Positions 18,909-28,986 of a stretch of 64,000 nucleotides of DNA are shown here, one piece after another (the stretch's first letter is position 1; each line of letters opens with the position of its first letter). Source of the stretch: Chitinivibrionales bacterium (GTDB taxonomy: Bacteria; Fibrobacterota; Chitinivibrionia; Chitinivibrionales; WJKA01). The notes under the pieces are model-generated. The model saw only the letters and a program-made list of their open reading frames with translations, was not told the DNA's origin and made no database searches. The stretch spans positions 13,020-77,019 of the forward strand of contig JBBRUX010000013.1 of assembly GCA_038247415.1 (NCBI GenBank), written 5' to 3'. The position numbers and the translations under genes are program-made.

Positions 18909-20676
18909 TATTCATCCCAATCCTTTGCATTTCGGTAAGTGCCTTTTTGAAATAGCTATGATTTGTATTAGAGCGCATAACACTTTTCAGTTCATACCAA
19001 GAATCCATCGCTTTTCGTTTGCTTTCTTCATTTATATTCTGGTCAAACATCCGACTTGAACAGAGTGCCTTGAGATAGAGATATTCCACGCGCGCACTTT
19101 CGGCATCGAGATATCGTGCTGAAGCAGAGAGCGATAGTTCTAACATGCGCAATGCCGATAATGTTTCGTTTTTAGAATATGCTAGTGCAGCTTTTTTAAG
19201 AAAGAATTCAGCATCATCAATTACCGTTCCATTCAGAACCTTTGACAATTCTTCGTTTTTACCTAATGCAAACAGACTTCTCATATACAAAATTCGAGCC
19301 TGATCCGATGCCGCATTTTCTTTTGATAACAACTCATAGACCTGTATTGCACTTTGATACCGGTTATTTGCAACTTCTTTTGAAAGAATTGCAATTTCGT
19401 CTGTTAATCCATACCGCGTTCTAAGGTCATCAAGATAATTTTGCACCGGTGTGGGCTTAACGCTCGGGCGCGTAACGTGAATTGGGTTTACTTTAGATTC
19501 TGTACTTTTTTTCGATTTTTGATTTACACTAGGCGAAGCAATCGGTGCAGTAATAGATTGGGTGACTATCACAGGAGCAGGAGGCTGTACTTTTTTGGGA
19601 GCTGGTTGCATTAAAAAGCCAACAGTAATGCCTACCGCAATTACGAATAAAACAATGGAAGCAATAATTCTCTTTTTTTTATAGAAGAGCGATCGGGTAT
19701 GAATAGCGAACACGGTGTTTTCACTACTCATTGCCATAAACTGATGCGTAACATGTTCTGGGGTATCGGGTGTTAAATCTGCATGTATTTGAATTAGTTC
19801 ATTGAGCATTTTATTCGCATCGGCAAACCTTTTATTCATCTCAAATTTCATGCACTTATGAACAAGCCGTTTAAGGCGGGGCGGAATTTTAATAACAAAC
19901 ATGTCCAGTGGCATAAACTCATTATCTGTCTTACATTTCATGAGCTTTGCTATATTTGTTTGAGGGAATGCTTTTTGTCCTGTAATAGCCTCGTATAAAA
20001 CTGCACCAAATGTATACAAATCGGATTGTGGAGCTATGTTTTTTCCATCAAGCTGTTCTGGCGCTAGGTATTGCATAGTTCCCATTATAGCGCCATCGGT
20101 TGTCATAAGAGAATCATCGACCGGGCGGGCAATTCCAAAATCCATAAGTTTTACACGGCCATCAGCCGAAAACATTATGTTGCTTGGCTTAAGATCTCGA
20201 TGAATAACGCCTTTATGCTTTTTGCCATAAATAAGATATTCTTTACTATGCGCATAGTTAAGCGCCCTGCATATGCATATCCCGAGCGCAGTTACAACCG
20301 GCAAGGGCAGCGCACCTCTTTGCAAAAGCACATCGGCCATGGTAAGGCCATCGATATATTCCATCTCAATAAAATCGAGTCCATTCCATTCGCCAACCGA
20401 ATGAATTTCGATAATATTTGGATGCGAAAGAGCTGCGGTTATTTTAATTTCTGTTTGAAAACGAGCAATTGCATCTGAAGCGAGGTTAGGGAGCATAAGC
20501 TTGACAGCCCGATGTTTTTCCATCTGGGCATTCCAAATCTTATATACATGGGCCATGCCCCCTCTGCCCAAAAGCTCGGAAATAACACCCGACCCGAGCT
20601 CGATGTTTCTGGTGCCATCGGGTAAAATTACCGGGGAGGAAAGCTTGATAGATCCAAGATTAAAACCCTGTTGCAT
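18895..20676 (-). CDS. Membrane-anchored Hanks-type Ser/Thr protein kinase with extracytoplasmic helical (TPR-like) domain
   Basis: LGRGGMAHVY, AVK, HRDLKPSN, DFGIA, GTMQYLAPEQ, SDLY; TM IIASIVLFVIAVGITVGFL; Pro-rich linker; helical C-terminal domain. Confidence 0.93.
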   Translation of the reverse strand: MQQGFNLGSIKLSSPVILPDGTRNIELGSGVISELLGRGGMAHVYKIWNAQMEKHRAVKLMLPNLASDAIARFQTEIKITAALSHPNIIEIHSVGEWNGLDFIEMEYIDGLTMADVLLQRGALPLPVVTALGICICRALNYAHSKEYLIYGKKHKGVIHRDLKPSNIMFSADGRVKLMDFGIARPVDDSLMTTDGAIMGTMQYLAPEQLDGKNIAPQSDLYTFGAVLYEAITGQKAFPQTNIAKLMKCKTDNEFMPLDMFVIKIPPRLKRLVHKCMKFEMNKRFADANKMLNELIQIHADLTPDTPEHVTHQFMAMSSENTVFAIHTRSLFYKKKRIIASIVLFVIAVGITVGFLMQPAPKKVQPPAPVIVTQSITAPIASPSVNQKSKKSTESKVNPIHVTRPSVKPTPVQNYLDDLRTRYGLTDEIAILSKEVANNRYQSAIQVYELLSKENAASDQARILYMRSLFALGKNEELSKVLNGTVIDDAEFFLKKAALAYSKNETLSALRMLELSLSASARYLDAESARVEYLYLKALCSSRMFDQNINEESKRKAMDSWYELKSVMRSNTNHSYFKKALTEMQRIGMNNASR

Positions 20677-20932
20677 GGGATTTCCTTCATCGAGTCTTTA
20701 AAAATCATGACTATACTCATATTGATGGTATATATATCTTTACTATTTTATCATCTCAGAGCGCTCAATGCAACAATTCATCCGCGTGGAGAAGTATTTA
20801 AAACTGGGGAACAGAAATAGAGTCGAGATATGTTTTGAATTAGAATAACGCGTAGCGAGGATTATTAATGGCATGCCCTTTTCGCTCATGCAAGGCATGC
20901 CACGTTTGATCAAGTTTTTGCGATTGAAAAAC

Positions 20933-22081
20933 CTATGAGCGAGAAGCAAACATTTTTGCAGCAGCCGTCATTTCTCTAGGGATATCAAGCTTTTGCGTAC
21001 ATTTGGAAACACAGGCTCCACAGCTAGAACACGCATCTGCTCGCATTCCTGGAACCCACGATAAAGTGCCAATGCTGGTATAGAGCTGCTCAGCTTCTTT
21101 AGATAATCCTAAAAACCGTTCATGATAGATGGCTTCCATCACCTTTGGAATATTGACCTCCGAGGGACACGGCATACAATATCCGCAGCTCGTACAAAAA
21201 TGAGTGTTTGTTGGCGAAAGTTTTGCAACAAGGGCCTCAATTCCTGCAATAATTTCTGGAGCTAAAGGCTCGGAAGCTCCCGATGCAATCGTTGCATCGA
21301 CATCGGAAACCTTTGAAATTCCTGAAATAATGGTGTCGACCGATGGGTTTGACAGCACATACCTGATTGCCATGTCAGAAAGGTTTCGGCTTCCCGACTG
21401 CTTCACAAGATCTGCAAAAACAGGTGATTCTTCGGTAAGCTTACCGCCTCCAACTGGGTTCATCACAATGGTTCCAATGCCCTTTGATTTTGCCTTGTCA
21501 AGAACTGGAGCATACGTTCTGTTAAGGATGTTATACGTTAGCAGAATAATTTCACACCAGTCCATTTCATCAATAAAATCAAGCAAGTCCAAAACAGGGG
21601 CATGCGATGTAATACCAATGTGCCCCACAAGCCCCCGGCTTTTCGCCGAGCGGATTCCATCTACAAAGCCACCTTTAACAACAGCTTGTTCATAGCAGCC
21701 TCTATCGGGAATATTCCAGACCTGATAAAAATCCAGATAGTTAACATCAAGCCTTTTCATTGAATCCTCAATTCGTCGCACCACAGAGTCCATTGACGCA
21801 TCGTCGGTAGGATCGATCTTGGTGATCCAGGGAGACCATTTTGTTGACAAAATAACCTTTTCTCGATAGCCATTTTTAAGCGCTTTCCCAAGCTTAATTT
21901 CCGAGTCGCCATACCCCCTGCTCGTATCGATATATTTCATCCCATTGTCAATGGCATAGCGTATCAAGGCAATTGCCTCATCTTCATCGGCGGGCAAACG
22001 CATTGCTCCAATATTGACACGAGGAATAGTGAATCCGCTACGAGCTCCAAAAGGAATCTGCTTAAGGGAATTTTGATGCAT
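20933..22081 (-). CDS. Aldo/keto reductase with C-terminal 4Fe-4S domain
   Basis: GAMRLP, IDTSRGYG, LSTK, DYL/DFYQ-type motif, CTSCGYCMPCP and CSSCGACVSKC. Confidence 0.9.
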   Translation of the reverse strand: MHQNSLKQIPFGARSGFTIPRVNIGAMRLPADEDEAIALIRYAIDNGMKYIDTSRGYGDSEIKLGKALKNGYREKVILSTKWSPWITKIDPTDDASMDSVVRRIEDSMKRLDVNYLDFYQVWNIPDRGCYEQAVVKGGFVDGIRSAKSRGLVGHIGITSHAPVLDLLDFIDEMDWCEIILLTYNILNRTYAPVLDKAKSKGIGTIVMNPVGGGKLTEESPVFADLVKQSGSRNLSDMAIRYVLSNPSVDTIISGISKVSDVDATIASGASEPLAPEIIAGIEALVAKLSPTNTHFCTSCGYCMPCPSEVNIPKVMEAIYHERFLGLSKEAEQLYTSIGTLSWVPGMRADACSSCGACVSKCTQKLDIPREMTAAAKMFASRS

Positions 22082-22323
22082 TGTTTCTCTCCGGCATAAT
22101 TGTGAAAAACCTTACGTGAAGGAATTTAGGTAAAATAATGATTGTGCAGTCTAAAAAAGTGATTTGCCATAAAATCGAATGAAAGTTAGCCTGATTTTCT
22201 AAATCTCTAGAAATATGAAGGATAAAGATCTATACAAATCAACAACTTATATCATAATTAATTTTTATTTTATTAAAAAATAGAAAATAGCAAACTGCTC
22301 ATAAATGTGGTATATTATAACCT

Positions 22324-23214
22324 ATGAATGCCACTAAAGATATCTTTATATTCTCCGATTATCGACTTTTTCTTAAAGAATACTATACTGTTCATAAAAA
22401 GATCATTAAAGGATTTACGCTGGCAATAATGGCTGAATTAGCTGGTTTTTCGTCTCCCAGTTTTATTAAGCATGTTATTGATGGCAAACGAAATCTGACA
22501 AAAGAAAGTACCATAAAAATCTCACGGGCACTTCGCTTGTCAAAACCATCAGCAGCATACTTTGAGGCCCTTGTTTTTTTTAATCAAAGCACAAAACTCG
22601 ACGAAAAGCTTCATTTTTTGCATCAGCTCGATCAACTCAGACCTAAAAATGCACCCCATGTACTTGGTTCAGATCAATACCGATATCTCGATAAATGGTA
22701 TCATCCCGCAATCCGCGAACTCGTTGATCTGCCTGGTTTTGTAGAAAATCCTCAGGAAATTGCACGTAATTTTATAGTTCCTCTCAAATCCGACGAAGTC
22801 TCTAAAGCGCTGCTCTTTTTAGAAGAAAACGGATTTATTCATCGCGCCGCGAAAGGCAAGCTTACCCGCGCAGAAAAAACCATTGGCGTTTACGCAACCG
22901 AACACAGCACCATCATGAATACAGCAATGCGTCAATTTCACCGATCCATGCTAAAATTTGCAGAACGCGCAACGGTAAATCTTCCCGTGGATATCCGGTC
23001 TATCAGTAATACAACGCTATCACTATCTCCTAAAGCTTATGCATCAGCCATTCGGCGTATAGAAAGCTTGCGGCTGGAACTGCTGGAAATTGCCAAAACC
23101 GACACCGACTCCAATCGTATCTATCACTTGACAACTGCACTTTTCCCGCTCACTCATTGTAGCAATACCGCAGAACCATCAGAAGAAATTTCTGTTGCAG
23201 AGGAGTTCGCATGA
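22324..23214 (+). CDS. TIGR02147 family protein (N-terminal HTH, DUF4423-like C-terminus)
   Basis: IF.FSDYRLFLKEYY, AGFSSPSF...VIDGKRNLT, YFEALVFFNQ, WYHPAIRELV, RSIS..TLSLS, YHL...LFPL. Confidence 0.85.
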   Translation: MNATKDIFIFSDYRLFLKEYYTVHKKIIKGFTLAIMAELAGFSSPSFIKHVIDGKRNLTKESTIKISRALRLSKPSAAYFEALVFFNQSTKLDEKLHFLHQLDQLRPKNAPHVLGSDQYRYLDKWYHPAIRELVDLPGFVENPQEIARNFIVPLKSDEVSKALLFLEENGFIHRAAKGKLTRAEKTIGVYATEHSTIMNTAMRQFHRSMLKFAERATVNLPVDIRSISNTTLSLSPKAYASAIRRIESLRLELLEIAKTDTDSNRIYHLTTALFPLTHCSNTAEPSEEISVAEEFA

Positions 23215-23906
23215 AAACGCTTCTGCTTCAGATCCTTAGCTTGTGCGCCCTTATAGGGTGTGGTTCATCAGGGAATCTGGCTGGTGGCGGAACCGATGTG
23301 GGAAATGCTAAAGTATTTGGGTGTATTGTTGATTCGACCAATGTTGGCGTAAGCGGAGCACGCGTTCGACTGTATGCTTTTATGCATGATCCCTATGTCA
23401 ACGCCAATGGGTTGCAAGGCGCACTCGCCCAGACCACCACAAATGCAAAAGGTGAATTTTGCTTTGATACAATCGATACTGGCACCTATACTATTATTGC
23501 CGAGGAAAGCGCATATGGGCTCAAAGCAATCCATTACGATCTCGTGATAACCCCAAACAATGTCAACAATAACGATTCCATTTGTCTTTCCGAGGATACT
23601 CTAAAGCAATTGGGTACCCTCAAGATTGAAATAGAAATGACACTTCCGGTCGGAGGCTATCTGGCAATTCCCGGAACCGATTACCTTCACTGGATTACTT
23701 CAGAAGAATTGCATAAACAGGAATTTATTCTTGATTCAATCCCTGCTGGAAAAATCCCATCTCTTTATTATCGAATTTCGGACACATCATCGCTTGTGAT
23801 GCGAGCTGCATCAAATGTAGAAGTGGAAGCATCGGGAATTGTTGAAGTAGAATTTGAATCTTTAACATCAGTGCGGTATGAAACATGTTTTCGCGAACGA
23901 TATTAA
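23211..23906 (+). CDS. Lipoprotein with carboxypeptidase-regulatory-like beta-sandwich
   Basis: Lipobox LIGC, GGGTDVGN, TTTNAKGEFCF..IDTGTYTI, IPGTD...DSIPAG. ATGA overlap with the upstream gene. Confidence 0.7.
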   Translation: MKTLLLQILSLCALIGCGSSGNLAGGGTDVGNAKVFGCIVDSTNVGVSGARVRLYAFMHDPYVNANGLQGALAQTTTNAKGEFCFDTIDTGTYTIIAEESAYGLKAIHYDLVITPNNVNNNDSICLSEDTLKQLGTLKIEIEMTLPVGGYLAIPGTDYLHWITSEELHKQEFILDSIPAGKIPSLYYRISDTSSLVMRAASNVEVEASGIVEVEFESLTSVRYETCFRERY

Positions 23907-24007
23907 ATACAACCCTCTGGTTGCAGCACATGCCAACTGCGTAACCAATCTGTTCTTGTAAATAGCTATTCCTGAAGAAAATGGTGCTATACATCACATG
24001 GTTATTA

Positions 24008-25141
24008 TCATTGAATGCAGCTTCCTCCATTAATTTCAAAAACTTTGCTTATTGAGCCTCCTTTAAGTTCATAGATATCATAAAATTCTGCTTCAACAAA
24101 CGACCTTCGCCCAATCCAAAAACACTGACCAGCTATTGAAAAAGTACCAAGCCCTTGCATTATTGGCGTTTTTAATCCTTCGCAATTATCAACCACACAG
24201 TCAACATCTTTAAGCATCGATCCTGCTCCATTGCTATTTACAATAAATCCAGAATACGTTATCACATCTGCGCAGTCGATATTCTCTTTTTTAAGCAGAT
24301 GCGGATATCTCTTAACAACATGAAATCGATAGAGGGGCTGCGACTGCGCCGACACTGCAACAGAAAAGAGATCTATACTGGTAGAAACAAATTCCCTATC
24401 GCCACGCGCCAAAGGAAACCCGCTAGAGCGAACAAACCCTTTGCCAGACCCTATCCGTTTTGCCAATTCAGCAATTTTAGATTCTTCAAGCATTCCAAAA
24501 TGAGTCACAATCATATCCTTGTATTGCGCATATTCCTCAGAAGACCGTACAATAGCGCTTTCGCAAGCAAATGAAAGCCCCGCAGCATTAGTAGCCAAGC
24601 CTTTAAAGGGCCGAACTTTAAGGCTTTGCCTATGAACTGCCTTATCGCGAGGAGTTTTTGAAGTGAGATAGGCCCAGTTAGCACTGCACTGCGCATCGAT
24701 TTTAATCAGCTTATCGAGGGTAACAGAACCAGTACTGCCTCCCATCGCATACTTCATCGACTGTGGAAAGGTCTGAACGACTGCCGGCTTATATGCATCT
24801 GTAAAGCTATCAGGTTTTGACCAGATTGCATTAAACGATCCTTTTGCGAAACTACACAGGGGAAGAATAACAAAATCGTTATCGATGGCACATATATAAG
24901 CGGGGGTTTCTAGGACTGGCGCAGGAGCCTTAACCTTGACGGAAGTACTCTTTGATTTTGTAGGAGCTTTTGCAGGTGCAGCCCCAAATCCTGGTGCGGT
25001 AATACCTAGACAAACAATACCAGCAACAAGTAGCGCGCTATGCTTTGTCGAATTAATTGCTGCTTTTTGAAAGCCCGTTAGGGCGCCTAAATAATGATCC
25101 AACAACACGATTGTTTCCTTGTTTGTTAGGGTGTTTATCAA
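24008..25141 (-). CDS. Hypothetical exported protein
   Basis: 377 aa ORF with a hydrophobic segment followed by an A/P/K linker. No family recognised; start uncertain. Confidence 0.6.
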   Translation of the reverse strand: MINTLTNKETIVLLDHYLGALTGFQKAAINSTKHSALLVAGIVCLGITAPGFGAAPAKAPTKSKSTSVKVKAPAPVLETPAYICAIDNDFVILPLCSFAKGSFNAIWSKPDSFTDAYKPAVVQTFPQSMKYAMGGSTGSVTLDKLIKIDAQCSANWAYLTSKTPRDKAVHRQSLKVRPFKGLATNAAGLSFACESAIVRSSEEYAQYKDMIVTHFGMLEESKIAELAKRIGSGKGFVRSSGFPLARGDREFVSTSIDLFSVAVSAQSQPLYRFHVVKRYPHLLKKENIDCADVITYSGFIVNSNGAGSMLKDVDCVVDNCEGLKTPIMQGLGTFSIAGQCFWIGRRSFVEAEFYDIYELKGGSISKVFEINGGSCIQ

Positions 25142-25217
25142 TTTTAAGAGTTGCTAAAAATACATTTCGAATAGTGATCAACAAAATTACGATGTTGCTT
25201 TCAGTCAAAAAAAATGC

Positions 25218-26102
25218 CTAGCGTTTAATAAGCCGATAGTTTTTAAAGCCGCCAACCTGGTTTCCGCCAAAAAGGTGCTTTTCGATCCAAGATAATAGGC
25301 GATATTTGAAACGGTCATGTTTAAAACCACTTCGTATTGTGCCAGTATAATCTAATTCCAAAGCCCATGAAAAATTGCCAATCCATTCTTTCATCACAGC
25401 CGGAGGGGAATCTCGAAATTTTTCTAAATACTTCAGAGGCCCGTAATTGAATGGTTTTTCTTCTACCGGCACAGGAGTCCCCCAAAAAGTATCTAATGTT
25501 TGCTTCTTTTTCTGCATATACAGTGGAGGACGAACCCAGCCATAATGATAAACCTCAGCTTGTACAGAAGCAACCTCTATTTTTTCGCCGTTTTTGCGAA
25601 ACGACTGAGCATCTCCCCATGACGTAATACTGCGATGATTGCGTACCACGCGAATTTCTTTGGGATACCACGCATGGCTGCGATGATAATGATCATAGTC
25701 TCCCCAAAAATGCTTGTAGTCGAAAAGTAAGCCATCTATGCGGGTATCATCATTAAGCTCAACACATCGATTGCGAACAGCTTCAAGATATTTTTCATGC
25801 ACCACTTCATCGGCTTGCAGATAAAAGCACCAATCTCCTATGCATGCATCAAGCGCGATATTTGTTTGTTTACTGAGGATAGCACCTTTTTCATACGTTG
25901 ATTGTGCCCAATCGGTATCGATTATTTTGATTTTAGGATCCCCGATATTCTCTACAATCAAGCGAGTCGTGTCGTCTGAATCACCCTTACCAATAGCTAT
26001 AACAAACTCATCACAAATCGGAAGTATAGAAAGGATAGATTCTTTAAGCGGATAATATAAAGAACCTATATTTCGTGCAAAAGAAAAACCGCTTATTTTC
26101 AT
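25218..26102 (-). CDS. Glycosyltransferase family 2
   Basis: MKISGFSFARN...YP..ESILSILPICDEFVIA, GDWCFYLQADE, VYHYGWVRPP. Confidence 0.88.
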   Translation of the reverse strand: MKISGFSFARNIGSLYYPLKESILSILPICDEFVIAIGKGDSDDTTRLIVENIGDPKIKIIDTDWAQSTYEKGAILSKQTNIALDACIGDWCFYLQADEVVHEKYLEAVRNRCVELNDDTRIDGLLFDYKHFWGDYDHYHRSHAWYPKEIRVVRNHRSITSWGDAQSFRKNGEKIEVASVQAEVYHYGWVRPPLYMQKKKQTLDTFWGTPVPVEEKPFNYGPLKYLEKFRDSPPAVMKEWIGNFSWALELDYTGTIRSGFKHDRFKYRLLSWIEKHLFGGNQVGGFKNYRLIKR

Positions 26103-27130
26103 GCGAGACCCTTTTCTATCGAAGCAATCTGTTGCGAAAATGCTGAATATGCATCATCCACGCTTATATCTGCTACCGAAGCGCCTGGGGCAGCAACAAG
26201 TTCTAACGAAGGCGTCTTGTATGCTTTCCACCGAAGGAAATTTTCTCCTGCATCGGGGTACAATCCCGTAACGGGAATTGAAAAGGCAGCTGCTACATGC
26301 AAAAGCGAAGTGTCTGGTGTGAAAAAGGCTTTCATTTCCGATATGGCTGCCACTATCGTAAGAAAATCTGATTGAGGAAATACAAGCACCTGCTCACATT
26401 GTTTTCCTAAATCACGTACCCATGCACGGTGCTCCCCTGTTGCAAATAGAACAATTCGGATATGGGGAAATTGACGAATAACTTTTTCGATCAAATTCTG
26501 ATACTTTTTAAATGGCCACTGACGTGAAGGCTGTCCTGCACTGCAATTGATTCCTATCATAGGCTTGGTTTGAGCCGTGCATCCAAGAATCTCATTTGCT
26601 TTTTGATGTAATTGGGGAGTTAAGCCGATTTGATAGGTGGCCATATATTTGTCAAGATCAATAGACAAAGCTGATTCAACCAGTTTTTGATTTCTCTTAA
26701 CAATATGTATTCCATCTGGGTGACTAATCCGGTTAAAACATCCTAGTCGCTTTGTCTTATGCATGCCTGCTATCCTGCAAGATTTACTACGACTAAACCG
26801 CGCAATAATCGACATTGTTGTGCTATTGCCTGGAGTAGTATCTATAACCCAATCATATTGATTTGCACGAATTGCAAAAATCAATTTTATAATTGATAAA
26901 AATGAATTAAATCGGACCGAAAATATTTTTTGGATATGCACATTGTGGCGTATCACAATTTCATTGTATACGCTCGCTGCAACAGCTATTTCAATGTTTG
27001 GATTGTACTCTTTAAGTGCCTTCAAGATCGGCGTTAAAACAATCATGTCCCCCAATTTTCCGGGGCGTAAAAAAAGAATGCGCTCGCCCTGGCAATTTGT
27101 CTTAGGCAGATGAGTCTTATTTTTTTTCAT
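26099..27130 (-). CDS. Glycosyltransferase family 9 (heptosyltransferase-like)
   Basis: RPGKLGDMIV.TP, RQWP, TPDTSLLHVAAA. Confidence 0.85.
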   Translation of the reverse strand: MKKNKTHLPKTNCQGERILFLRPGKLGDMIVLTPILKALKEYNPNIEIAVAASVYNEIVIRHNVHIQKIFSVRFNSFLSIIKLIFAIRANQYDWVIDTTPGNSTTMSIIARFSRSKSCRIAGMHKTKRLGCFNRISHPDGIHIVKRNQKLVESALSIDLDKYMATYQIGLTPQLHQKANEILGCTAQTKPMIGINCSAGQPSRQWPFKKYQNLIEKVIRQFPHIRIVLFATGEHRAWVRDLGKQCEQVLVFPQSDFLTIVAAISEMKAFFTPDTSLLHVAAAFSIPVTGLYPDAGENFLRWKAYKTPSLELVAAPGASVADISVDDAYSAFSQQIASIEKGLA

Positions 27131-28151
27131 CTGTCAAACCTTTGCGAAGAACCTGGAGCACATCGTGTGGGGTTATAGTTCGAATGCATCGGCACAGTTC
27201 ATTTTTTTGGCATTTTTTGCAATGGCTTTCTCCTTTGACAAGAAATACTGCAGATGCACCGAGAGGGGCCCAACGTGCAGGATTGATAGGTGTAATGGGA
27301 GGAAATAATCCCACTGCAACTTTTCCAAACCAGGCAGCGCAATGCAGCGGTCCCGTGGAAGCGCTTATGAATGCGTCAACCGCTTTAAGATACTCTAAAA
27401 AGGCATCCAGATCCATTGCTCCTACCCTATCTTCAACTTCTGGAAACGCATCCAGTAAAGGCTGAATCTCAGTTTTTTCGGATGCTACCCCCGTAATAGC
27501 AACATGATATCCATTATCCAAGAGTAGTGGCATGAGCTTCATGAAATTCTCAATCCCCCATTCTCGGCTTGATCCTTTTGATTTTGGGTGCACCACCACA
27601 ACAGGTTTTTTCTTTTCGATGCAAGCTGTTGCGGCCCCCGGTTTAAGAGGCATGTACTGTTCGATAATTTCTTTGCGAGTTGGAACCATTAGGTCCCACG
27701 TAGATTTAAGAAGAAAAAAATTGAGTTCACTCTCATGCAGGTTTGACTTTTTGCGTGAGAAAGAAACTCTCTTATTACATGTGAGCCAATGGTACCACCG
27801 GTGTGATGTCCCAATTCGATGCTTTATTCTAGCTTTTTTAGCTAAAAATGCTAAGCTCTTATTGGGCTTAACATGAATTATCGTATCATATCGCTGCAAA
27901 GAATCTATCATCAGGGTTGTATTGTCGGGATCCCAAAGAAGAATTTCATCGACACAAGGAGATTGATTTACAACTGCACGGGTATACGATCTGCACAAAA
28001 AGCCAATCTTGCACTGCGGGAACTGCTTTTTAAGATACGCAGCAAGAGGGAGCGTTACAACAACATCCCCTATGCCATCGGTACGACTAATGAGAATACT
28101 TTGAGGATGGCTTTTATGTGGGCTTTTTGGTAAGTTCACGAAGTTTCGCAT
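27117..28151 (-). CDS. Glycosyltransferase family 9
   Basis: ILISRTDGIGDVVVTLP, HPKSKGSSREW, SASTGPLHCAA. Confidence 0.88.
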   Translation of the reverse strand: MRNFVNLPKSPHKSHPQSILISRTDGIGDVVVTLPLAAYLKKQFPQCKIGFLCRSYTRAVVNQSPCVDEILLWDPDNTTLMIDSLQRYDTIIHVKPNKSLAFLAKKARIKHRIGTSHRWYHWLTCNKRVSFSRKKSNLHESELNFFLLKSTWDLMVPTRKEIIEQYMPLKPGAATACIEKKKPVVVVHPKSKGSSREWGIENFMKLMPLLLDNGYHVAITGVASEKTEIQPLLDAFPEVEDRVGAMDLDAFLEYLKAVDAFISASTGPLHCAAWFGKVAVGLFPPITPINPARWAPLGASAVFLVKGESHCKKCQKNELCRCIRTITPHDVLQVLRKGLTDEKK

Positions 28152-28875
28152 ATTTTAGAAATGTGGCAAACGACGAAATGAGGGCTATAACAAAGCCATG
28201 GTATCCGTCCAAAAAGCCCTGTTTAAGAAAAAAATCATTAGCAAACTTCCACAGAGAGCGCATGATAACAGAAAACATCGCTGATTTCTTTCCCCTTTCG
28301 CACGCTGATTGAGCAGTAAGATTAGTAAATGCATTTGCCTGCGCAACATGCTGCGCTATAGAGTCATATGAATAATGCTCTATATCCCCGTCAAGCCGAC
28401 TTGTTTTTGATCCACTTGCAAGGACCACTTCTTCATGAATCAAGGCATGGTTCCAAAGCCCTTTAGTTTTATCCCAAAGGCGCAGTTTTCTATCGGGGTA
28501 CCATCCCCCATGACGAATCCATGTACCACAATAATTAGTTAAGCGATTACAAACAAATCCGTCTGAGTCACTACTATTTTTTATATTCTTAATTGACTTA
28601 ATTAGTTCTGGCGACAACACTTCATCTGCATCAAGTGATACAATCCATTTGTTTTTAGCAAGACTTATCCCAAAATTTTTCTGTTGCCCATAACCATCAA
28701 AAACACGCTCTACAAATTTTACTTGTGAATATGCAGTGCAAAGAGCTTTTGTTGCATCTGTGGAGAAAGAATCCACAACGATGATTTCATCCGCAACAGT
28801 AAGCACCGATTGGATACAGCGCTTAATATCCGATTCTTCGTTATGCGTAATAATTACTGCTGAAACAGGATCCAT
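28114..28875 (-). CDS. Glycosyltransferase family 2 (LPS beta-1,4-glucosyltransferase WaaE/KdtX-like)
   Basis: VSAVIITHNEE, VVDSFSTD, SLDADE, GGWYPDRKLRL, GFLDG. Confidence 0.9.
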   Translation of the reverse strand: MDPVSAVIITHNEESDIKRCIQSVLTVADEIIVVDSFSTDATKALCTAYSQVKFVERVFDGYGQQKNFGISLAKNKWIVSLDADEVLSPELIKSIKNIKNSSDSDGFVCNRLTNYCGTWIRHGGWYPDRKLRLWDKTKGLWNHALIHEEVVLASGSKTSRLDGDIEHYSYDSIAQHVAQANAFTNLTAQSACERGKKSAMFSVIMRSLWKFANDFFLKQGFLDGYHGFVIALISSFATFLKYAKLRELTKKPT

Positions 28876-28986
28876 TTAATTAGGCTTTCTTCGGTTTCCT
28901 AAAAAGATTGTGGCTATAAATAATTCTAGAAAGTAAGAAAATACATACTATTTTCTTTAAAGACCCATTTTACCATCTAGGAATAT

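Noticed and set aside
20870..20903. Two GGCATGCC palindromes as a possible sigma54 promoter for the kinase operon
   Set aside because: GG-N10-GC spacing is not met on either strand; function unsupported.
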